A stretch of 64,000 bases of DNA from Bacteroidales bacterium (lineage in GTDB: Bacteria; Bacteroidota; Bacteroidia; Bacteroidales; F082). Shown piece after piece: positions 57,198 through 64,000 of the stretch. A program made the position numbers and the translations under genes. Position 1 is the stretch's first letter, and each line of letters starts with the position of its first letter. Where the stretch lies: positions 5,970 through 69,969 of the forward strand of contig JAGBQJ010000013.1 in assembly GCA_017632935.1 (NCBI GenBank), written 5' to 3'. The notes beneath the pieces are model-generated. The model was not told the origin of the DNA, ran no database searches, and saw nothing but the letters and a program-made list of their open reading frames with translations.

Positions 57198-59845
57198 AAC
57201 TCTCCTTCGAATCCAATCTTTCCTATCAGCAGGAAGCCATTCAGTCGGTTGTCGGTCTATTTGAAGGGCAAGCGATTGAGGATTCCTTGTTCCAATATAA
57301 TCTCAACGAGCAACAGGCGAGTTTGATTGATGGCATTGGAAACAAGTTGGTTTTGTCGGAAGAACAGATTCTTGCCAATTTACAGAAAGTGCAGAATCAA
57401 AATGAGATTGCCGTATCTGAAATGCTTGACGGGATGCACTTCTCCATTGAAATGGAGACTGGAACCGGCAAGACATACGTTTACCTGCGCACCATTTACG
57501 AGTTGAACAAGATCTATGGCTTCAAAAAATTCGTCATCGTTGTTCCGTCTGTTCCAATTCGTGAGGGCGTTTTGAAGAATCTGCAAATCACGCATGAGCA
57601 TTTCCAAACGCTGTACGACAACATTCCCATTCGTTTTTATGTGTACGATCGAAACAAGATTTCTCAACTTAGGGGTTTTGCGGCAGGTGATAATATAGAG
57701 GTGCTAGTTATCAACATCGATTCGTTTGCTAAGGATGAGAATGTCATCAACAAACCAAACGACAAACTCAACGGGCAAGAACCTATCAACTTTATCAAAC
57801 AGGTTCAACCCATCGTGATTGTGGACGAACCTCAAAACATGGAATCGGAAAAACGTGCCGCGGCCATTGCCAATTTGAATCCGCTTTGCACCTTGCGCTA
57901 TTCGGCCACTCACCGAAACCGTTACAATCTTATATACAGTCTAAACCCTGTAAAGGCTTACGATTTGGGACTTGTGAAACAAATAGAGGTCGATTCTGTG
58001 TTTGAGGAAAACTCTCTGAACGGTGCTTTTGTGGCATTGGAATCGATAACCGCAAGAAAAACGAGGATTACGGCAAAAGTTTCTATTGATGTCAACGACA
58101 GAAATGGGGTGAAGCGGAAGTCTGTTTCCGTTAGGGCGGGTGATGATTTGTATTCCAAGAGTGAAGGGCGTGAGATTTATCGCAACGGTTATATTGTGGA
58201 GGAGATAGATGCCTCAAATGCATGTATCGTGTTTTCGAACGGTGATGTATTGTATCAGGGACAGCGCAAAGACGACTTAAACGATGACGTGATGAAGTTC
58301 CAAATTCGTCGTACCATTGAGGAGCATTTGCGTAAGGAACTGAAATTGAATAAACAGGGAATCAAAGTCTTATCGTTGTTTTTCATTGACAGGGTGGCAA
58401 ATTATCGTACATACGATGCCCAAGACAGTGAAGTTAAAGGAAAGTTTGCCATCTGGTTTGAGGAGATTTATTCAGAGTTGATAAAACGTCCTGAATTTCA
58501 ATTGTTGGATAAGCATCCCATCGACAAGATTCACAATGGCTACTTTTCGCAAGACAAAAAAGGACACGCCAAGGACACTTCAGGCGAAACGCAAGCTGAT
58601 GATGATACTTATAACTTGATTATGAGAGACAAGGAAACGCTGTTGGATATGAACAATCCACTTCGTTTCATCTTTTCTCACACGGCTTTGCGCGAAGGTT
58701 GGGATAACCCCAATGTCTTCCAAATCTGCACTTTGAATGAAACCAAGTCAGAAATCAAGAAACGTCAGGAAATAGGTCGAGGTTTGCGCTTGCCGGTCAA
58801 TCAAGACGGAGTGCGCTGTTATGACAGAAATGTCAACCGTTTGACTGTTATCGCCAACGAATCATACAATGACTTTGCGAAAGCCTTACAAAATGAGATG
58901 CAGGAGGATTGTGGTGTCAACTTTGGAGGTCGCATCAAGCCCAAACGTGATAGGGTTGCGGTAAAATACAAGAAAGGTTTTGAGGCCGACCCGCTTTTCC
59001 TTGCCATTTGGGAAAAACTGAAAGCCAAGACCACGTATCGGGTGAAATATGATACCGAGGCGTTGATTGAAAAGGCGGGCAAAGAAATGAAACAAATGCC
59101 CAAGATTGTGGCACCAGCTATTCGTTCCGTGAAAACGGAAGTTGTTATCACAGAAGAAGGCGTTTCAACCAATTACAAGGGAGATAAACTTTCCTTACAC
59201 ACATCCGATTATATTATACCCGATGCGTTGGGATACATACAGAATCGAACGGAGTTGACTCGTTCAACCATTTTGCGCATTTTGGAAAACTCTGGCCGGT
59301 TGGATGATTTAGCAGTTAATCCACAGTTGTTTATGGATTTGGCTGTTGATGCAATCAGGCGCGTTTTGCAGGATATGATGATCGATGGCATAGAATATCT
59401 CAAGATTGGAGACACAGAATATGAAATGCGCTTGTTTGAGGAACAGGAATTGGAAATCTATTTGAATGACTTCACTTTCAAGGTCTCTGATACCGATAAA
59501 ACCATCTACGATGAATATGTCCCTTTGGATTCTTCAGTAGAGAACAAGTTTGCCCAGGATTGCGAAACAAGCGACCAAATCAAGTATTATTTCAAGTTGC
59601 CGGATTGGTTCAAAATTCCCACTCCAATTGGCTCATACAATCCTGATTGGGCGGTGGTGTTTGAAGATGATAAGAAGGTGTATTTTGTTGCTGAAACCAA
59701 AGATACGGGAACTCCAGTGGTGGATTTGAGTAAATTACATCCAAGCGAAAGACAGAAAATCCGTTGTGGAGAGGCGCACTTCAAGCAGTTTGCAGATTTG
59801 GAATATAAGGTTGTTAGTAAGATTAGCGATTTGGTTTTGCCATAG
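57194..59845 (+). CDS. res: Type III restriction enzyme Res subunit (SF2 helicase plus C-terminal PD-(D/E)xK nuclease)
   Basis: Motif I EMETGTGKTYVY, motif II VIVDEPQNM, motif VI-like QEIGRGLRL. C-terminal YNPDWAVVF...YFVAETKD. Confidence 0.85.
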   Translation: MKLSFESNLSYQQEAIQSVVGLFEGQAIEDSLFQYNLNEQQASLIDGIGNKLVLSEEQILANLQKVQNQNEIAVSEMLDGMHFSIEMETGTGKTYVYLRTIYELNKIYGFKKFVIVVPSVPIREGVLKNLQITHEHFQTLYDNIPIRFYVYDRNKISQLRGFAAGDNIEVLVINIDSFAKDENVINKPNDKLNGQEPINFIKQVQPIVIVDEPQNMESEKRAAAIANLNPLCTLRYSATHRNRYNLIYSLNPVKAYDLGLVKQIEVDSVFEENSLNGAFVALESITARKTRITAKVSIDVNDRNGVKRKSVSVRAGDDLYSKSEGREIYRNGYIVEEIDASNACIVFSNGDVLYQGQRKDDLNDDVMKFQIRRTIEEHLRKELKLNKQGIKVLSLFFIDRVANYRTYDAQDSEVKGKFAIWFEEIYSELIKRPEFQLLDKHPIDKIHNGYFSQDKKGHAKDTSGETQADDDTYNLIMRDKETLLDMNNPLRFIFSHTALREGWDNPNVFQICTLNETKSEIKKRQEIGRGLRLPVNQDGVRCYDRNVNRLTVIANESYNDFAKALQNEMQEDCGVNFGGRIKPKRDRVAVKYKKGFEADPLFLAIWEKLKAKTTYRVKYDTEALIEKAGKEMKQMPKIVAPAIRSVKTEVVITEEGVSTNYKGDKLSLHTSDYIIPDALGYIQNRTELTRSTILRILENSGRLDDLAVNPQLFMDLAVDAIRRVLQDMMIDGIEYLKIGDTEYEMRLFEEQELEIYLNDFTFKVSDTDKTIYDEYVPLDSSVENKFAQDCETSDQIKYYFKLPDWFKIPTPIGSYNPDWAVVFEDDKKVYFVAETKDTGTPVVDLSKLHPSERQKIRCGEAHFKQFADLEYKVVSKISDLVLP

Positions 59846-59869
59846 ATTATCTGTGGCTGGATAAATACG

Positions 59870-59907
59870 AAAAAACCACGATTCGCAGCGACGGCTGCAA
59901 ATCGTGG
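59870..59907. terminator. Strong hairpin terminator between res and the minus-strand genes (better suited to the minus strand)
   Basis: AAAAAA, then CCACGATTCGCAGC-gacg-GCTGCAAATCGTGG (14-bp stem, one mismatch). Confidence 0.65.
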
Positions 59908-59932
59908 TTGAGTTCTCTATGTGATGTCGGAA

Positions 59933-60133
59933 TTATTCTTGTTCCATCATGGCTCTGACTTCCTTGGCTTTCACGGTGTAGATGTTGCCATCGGCATCGC
60001 AGAAGCAGAAGGAACCGTTGTGACGGCAGCGCATGGTCAGCAGGCGTTGCATGGAGAGGTCGAGGCCGCTCATCAATTTCTTGGTGAAGGACGAAACTTC
60101 ATTCTTCTTGGCATTCACTGTTACTGTTGTCAT
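59933..60133 (-). CDS. Possible 66-aa protein downstream of, and overlapping, the zeta-like kinase gene
   Basis: MTTVTVNAKKNEV... is the distal part of listed ORF 59933..60478. It overlaps the kinase stop by 35 nt and is followed by the terminator. No homology was recognised. Confidence 0.3.
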   Translation of the reverse strand: MTTVTVNAKKNEVSSFTKKLMSGLDLSMQRLLTMRCRHNGSFCFCDADGNIYTVKAKEVRAMMEQE

Positions 60134-60725
60134 ATTGTCTGATCTTTTTGAATTTTTCTTCGTTGTAAAACTTGATGGATTTGATACTTCCTTCGGCGAT
60201 GACTTCGGAGGGCATGATGCTGTTGTCGATGAACAGAAAGTAGTCAACGACGGGGCAGTAGAGGTGAAACAAGTTCTTGATGCCCGCTCTGTAACGTCTG
60301 CGGATGATGCTGTCGTCCACATGATGGCCGCCGTGTTGCACACGCTCTGCCACGCGCTTGATGGCCAGGTCGGGGCTCTGCAGCCAGAAATAGATGAGGC
60401 TGGCTTTGTAGCCTTCCTGACGGGCTTTGTTGATAAGGGCGTGGTAGGATTTTGCAGCCAAGGTGGTCTCGATGGCAAAGTCTTCTTTGTCAGCGATGAG
60501 TTTCTTGATGCGCGACAACATCAGGCGGCCAGCGGCGACCTTGGCACCGTCGGGGTTGAGCGGCGACAGACCCTTGGCGATTTCGTCGCAGTTGACGAAC
60601 TCCTTGCACTGCAGTGTCTCAGGCAAAACAGTCAAGGAGGCTGTGGTTTTTCCAGCTCCGTTACAACCTGATATGATATATAAGTTCGGCATCAAATAAA
60701 GTTCTGCTCGTTTTTGTGAAGGCAT
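60099..60725 (-). CDS. Zeta-toxin-like P-loop kinase (AAA/zeta toxin family)
   Basis: Start at Met 60725, the first ATG after the promoter box. Walker A YIISGCNGAGKTTASL, with a zeta-toxin-like core and DDSIIRRRYRAG. Confidence 0.65.
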   Translation of the reverse strand: MPSQKRAELYLMPNLYIISGCNGAGKTTASLTVLPETLQCKEFVNCDEIAKGLSPLNPDGAKVAAGRLMLSRIKKLIADKEDFAIETTLAAKSYHALINKARQEGYKASLIYFWLQSPDLAIKRVAERVQHGGHHVDDSIIRRRYRAGIKNLFHLYCPVVDYFLFIDNSIMPSEVIAEGSIKSIKFYNEEKFKKIRQYDNSNSECQEE

Positions 60726-60746
60726 ATTTCGTGCCAATTCACGCTG

Positions 60747-60754
60747 CAAAGATA
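60747..60754 (-). promoter_or_regulatory. -7 box (TATCTTTG) for the zeta-like kinase gene
   Basis: The reverse complement of caaagata, 22 nt upstream of the ATG at 60725. Confidence 0.5.
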
Positions 60755-60910
60755 CAATAATTGTGAATATGTCAACACTTTTCCACACTTTTCCACGATT
60801 TTTTTGAAAAAAACCTGTTAATTGGCTGAAAACCAGCTTTGCCGACCGTGTGAAAAATGTTGTGGCGGATTCCCCAAAAAGTTGTATTTTTACCGCCTCA
60901 ACTGACGACA

Positions 60911-61459
60911 ATGGAAAAACGGTATCTCATCGGACTGCTTTTTTTGGCCTTGGCGGTATGCTCCTGCCAAAAGCCTGTCGAATACCCCATTGAACCGAAA
61001 ATCACCTATGCAGGTTTCGCCTATCTGATGAATCCCGACAGCACCTTCAGCGGAGAGGGCATCATCTCATTCTCTTATACCGACGGCGACGGCGATCTTG
61101 GCCTCGACGACAGCGACACGATTTCACCTTTCGGTTTCAACGACGCACATTATTATAATATGCTGGTCGACTACCTGAAATGCGTCAACGGCGAGTTTGT
61201 GAAAACGCCCTTGTTGAGTTGGAATGCCCAGACGCAAAGCTACGACACGATCAGTTTCAACGCCCGTTTCAAACGGCTTCGCGACTCTGAAGAGCCAAAG
61301 GCCATCAGTGGCACGATGGACTATAAGCTCATGGTGCAGAATCCATTCTCGCCTGACGACACGGTGAAGTTTGAAATCCGCATCCTCGACCGTGCCTTGC
61401 ATGAAAGCAATGTGATAGAGACCGAGACCATTTACACCAATCCTATTTGGAAACAATAA
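60911..61459 (+). CDS. Hypothetical lipoprotein
   Basis: The internal Met at 60911 gives MEKRYLIGLLFLALAVCSC (lipobox). Confidence 0.6.
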   Translation: MEKRYLIGLLFLALAVCSCQKPVEYPIEPKITYAGFAYLMNPDSTFSGEGIISFSYTDGDGDLGLDDSDTISPFGFNDAHYYNMLVDYLKCVNGEFVKTPLLSWNAQTQSYDTISFNARFKRLRDSEEPKAISGTMDYKLMVQNPFSPDDTVKFEIRILDRALHESNVIETETIYTNPIWKQ

Positions 61460-61470
61460 TTACAAATACT

Positions 61471-63765
61471 ATGAAACGACTTTTCTTTTTATTAGCTTCG
61501 CTACTGATTTGGCCATTCGCACAAGCCCAAACCGCTGGTGAAGGTATCGATGTGACGCACTATGGCATTCACATCAACGAGTTGGATTTCACCAATCGTA
61601 CCTTGCAAGGTGAGACTTTCGTCGACCTTACGGCTACGGACAACGTGCAAAAGATTGTCCTCGAACTGAAAACCTTGGAGGTGACTTCGGTGACGGCTGA
61701 TGGTGCTTCGGTATCCGGTTTTTCGCAGGAAGGTGACTTCTTGACCATTAACTTGACTGCGCCTATGACTATCGGTAGCTCAGCCATTTTTGACATTGTC
61801 TATGGCGGCAACACCTTTAGCGAGACCTGGGGCGGCGTGGAATGGTGGGGCAGCGACTATGTCTACAACCTCGGCGTAGGCTTCGATAGCCAGCCGCACA
61901 ACCTCGGCAAGGCTTGGTTTCCTTGTGTCGACAATTTTACCGACAAAGCCACGTACGACGTGTTTGTCACCACAACCAACGACAAGATGGCCATCTGCGG
62001 CGGCAACCTCGTTGGCTCTGTCGACAACGGTGACGGCACATCCACTTGGTATTGGAGCACACCGCAACAGATTTCCACTTACCATATCTCGTTTGCCGTG
62101 GGCGATTATGAGGTGTGGGAAGACTATTACCATGGCGAACACTACATCCCGATCACGGTGTACGCTAAACCCAACCAGATTAATAATGTGCCGGCTTCGA
62201 TGGTGCATCTCAAGGAGATTGTGGCGTTCTTTGAAGAACATCTGGGCTCTTATCCCTTCAACCGTATCGGCTATGTTGTCACAGAAAAAGGCTGCATGGA
62301 GCATACCGACAACATCGCCATTGTGCCTTCTGTAGTGAACGGTACAACGGCAGGCGAAGAGTATGTTGCGCATGAGCTTTCTCACATGTGGTCGGGTAAT
62401 TTGGTGACTTGTGCCGATGCTGGCGACATGTGGCTCAACGAGGGCTTCGCCCAGTTCTGGGGCGCGTTTTACGAAGTCGGCATTTATGGTGAACAGACTT
62501 TCCAAAACACGATTTCGAGTAAGGTCAGTGCCATCACGGCATGGTGCAATAGTCCAGCCCATTGGATGCCGCTCAACAACATGCCGCTCGACATGACCTA
62601 CAACACCAATGCAGTGTATGAACGTGGCGCTGTCATCGTCAACACGATGATGAACTATATGGGGCGCGAGAACTTCCTCGCCGCCATGCGTGCCTATTTC
62701 CAGCAATATGCCTACAGAACGGCCACTTCTGAGCAGCTGTGCGAAGCCCTGACTCAAGCTTCGGGCATAGACATGCACGGCTTCTTCGACACATACGTCT
62801 ATTCGAGCGGCATGCCGAACCTCTATGCCTCAATCTTGTCGGTTGAGCCGGTCGGCGACCAATACGAGGTGACGCTCGACTTGCACTACCAACACATCGG
62901 CGATACCCATGTCGGGCAAAACAATGTTTGTGAATTGACCTTCATAGGCCCTGAATTCCAGATGGTTACCGAAAGGGTGAATTGGGACAATCAGCACGGC
63001 AATGCGACGGTCACCCTTAACTTTGAGCCTCTTGGCATGGTGAGCGATTTCAACAACAACTGGTTGGATGGCAAGTTGCAGAGGAATGTCATGTTGAAGT
63101 CGTCGGCCCAACAGGCGGCTGCTGATTTCAGTTTTAAGGCTACTTCATTGACGGATTCTGTGTTTGTCGCCGTTGAGGGCAATCTGGTTGGTCCATACGA
63201 TGATCCGCTGATACCTTATCTTACCCTTTCGTCCAAGCATTTCTGGACCATCAATCGTTACGACTTTGGCGAGGCTGTGGTGACAGGCACTTTTGATTAC
63301 AGCAATACCACTGATGGCGATATCATCATGTCGGCCAACGATTCTGCTACCCTGCTTTATCGTAAGGATGCTTCTGAGGCTTGGCATGAAATCGCCTATA
63401 CGCTCTATCCTGGCTCTACTTGGGACTTTGGCCGGTTTGTAGTCGAGGATTTCGCGCCGGGTGAGTACACCATTGCCGTTTGGGACAAACAGGCGCTCAG
63501 TACAGAGGAGTATGACGGGTTTGAGAAACACATGCAGCTGTTTCCTAATCCCACCAAAGGTCAGGTGCGCATGAGTTGGAGTGAGCATTGTGATGGTGCC
63601 ATACGTATCCTTAGTGTGGACGGAAAAGAGCAGAAAAACATTCCTTTTGTGCAAGCCGACAGCCTTGAACTATCCATCTCCGATATGGTGCAAGGCTGCT
63701 ATACCGTGATGCGCGTCAACAAGGAAGGCGTAGTGATGGAAACCAAGAAATTAATCGTTAAATAA
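61471..63765 (+). CDS. M1-family zinc aminopeptidase with a T9SS C-terminal sorting domain
   Basis: Signal peptide MKRLFFLLASLLIWPFAQA. HELSHMWSGNLVT plus WLNEGFAQF (HExxH-E). The C-terminal ~80 aa (LFPNPTKGQVRMS...KKLIVK) are a T9SS type-A CTD. Confidence 0.85.
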   Translation: MKRLFFLLASLLIWPFAQAQTAGEGIDVTHYGIHINELDFTNRTLQGETFVDLTATDNVQKIVLELKTLEVTSVTADGASVSGFSQEGDFLTINLTAPMTIGSSAIFDIVYGGNTFSETWGGVEWWGSDYVYNLGVGFDSQPHNLGKAWFPCVDNFTDKATYDVFVTTTNDKMAICGGNLVGSVDNGDGTSTWYWSTPQQISTYHISFAVGDYEVWEDYYHGEHYIPITVYAKPNQINNVPASMVHLKEIVAFFEEHLGSYPFNRIGYVVTEKGCMEHTDNIAIVPSVVNGTTAGEEYVAHELSHMWSGNLVTCADAGDMWLNEGFAQFWGAFYEVGIYGEQTFQNTISSKVSAITAWCNSPAHWMPLNNMPLDMTYNTNAVYERGAVIVNTMMNYMGRENFLAAMRAYFQQYAYRTATSEQLCEALTQASGIDMHGFFDTYVYSSGMPNLYASILSVEPVGDQYEVTLDLHYQHIGDTHVGQNNVCELTFIGPEFQMVTERVNWDNQHGNATVTLNFEPLGMVSDFNNNWLDGKLQRNVMLKSSAQQAAADFSFKATSLTDSVFVAVEGNLVGPYDDPLIPYLTLSSKHFWTINRYDFGEAVVTGTFDYSNTTDGDIIMSANDSATLLYRKDASEAWHEIAYTLYPGSTWDFGRFVVEDFAPGEYTIAVWDKQALSTEEYDGFEKHMQLFPNPTKGQVRMSWSEHCDGAIRILSVDGKEQKNIPFVQADSLELSISDMVQGCYTVMRVNKEGVVMETKKLIVK

Positions 63766-63773
63766 GGGATAAA

Positions 63774-64000
63774 ATGAAGAATATCAAATTTTTGCCAATT
63801 ATATTTGTGTTTGGCATCCTTTTCGTTTCATGCGAAAAACAGTCGCAAGAGAGTGAATGGAACAAGTATTACGGCTACACCAACGAGGAGATAGCTGGAA
63901 CGTATGCCTTCTCCAAGGTTGCCGATGCCTTTGACGGCTTGACCGAGAGTGCTTATTGCCATGTCTGCGAAGATGCCCAGATTGACATCACGGCGGGGTC
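63774..64000 (+). CDS. Hypothetical lipoprotein, 3'-truncated by the window edge
   Basis: The ATG at 63774 opens a frame that stays open to the window end. MKNIKFLPIIFVFGILFVSC has a lipobox. Confidence 0.55.
   Translation, partial: MKNIKFLPIIFVFGILFVSCEKQSQESEWNKYYGYTNEEIAGTYAFSKVADAFDGLTESAYCHVCEDAQIDITAG

Noticed and set aside
59933-60478. Full 181-aa minus-strand ORF
   Set aside because: Most of it overlaps the zeta-like kinase gene in another frame and is Pro/Ser/Thr-rich. Only the distal 66 codons after the kinase stop were retained, at low confidence.
61780-62778. 332-aa minus-strand ORF
   Set aside because: It is antisense to the M1 aminopeptidase gene (HExxH-E motifs on the plus strand).

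Overview
This is a Bacteroidota chromosome segment, probably Bacteroidales or Prevotella-like. Supporting signs are TAnnTTTG -7 promoter boxes before many genes, a BACON-repeat lipoprotein, a T9SS C-terminal sorting domain, a DUF5686-type outer-membrane protein and a GH29 fucosidase. All calls come from reading the sequence and ORF track by eye; no searches were run, so family names are motif-level assignments.

The core genome occupies about 1-13.5 kb and 37.3-51.5 kb. It holds a ppiD-like PPIase, a C69 dipeptidase, hemW, aqpZ, a tolC-macA-macB-type efflux operon, a LytS/LytTR two-component pair, tRNA-Lys(CTT), apbE, ftsB-like, ridA, ruvB, leuS and a fucosidase.

Two accessory regions stand out.

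(1) A ~23.7-kb integrative island (13540-37230) sits in the 3' end of tRNA-Lys. It is bounded by an exact 20-bp direct repeat and carries a tyrosine integrase, two Xis-like HTH proteins, an AAA/RecA-like ATPase and a Zn-finger/Toprim primase.
- Main candidate novel system (20258-31047): a tightly packed 8-gene operon. It encodes a vWA-like lipoprotein, a small membrane protein, a tubulin/FtsZ-like GTPase, a 1053-aa Hsp70/actin-like ATPase, a MotA/ZorA-like protein with a long coiled-coil tail, a MotB/ZorB-like OmpA protein, a protein with two DUF4357-like motifs, and a signal-anchored NucA-type nuclease.
- Three tandem paralogous genes.
- An orphan S1/P1-like (zinc phospholipase C superfamily) protein.
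- About 2.2 kb of ORF-free, G-rich sequence in two blocks that contain degenerate 64-80-nt tandem repeats with covarying stems.

(2) A visibly AT-richer restriction-modification islet (51.6-60.7 kb). A gamma-class NPPW methyltransferase and a small PD-(D/E)xK protein are nested between type III mod and res genes. A zeta-toxin-like P-loop kinase follows.

leuS also carries an extra ~125-aa Vsr/DUF559-like insertion in its leucine-specific-domain region.
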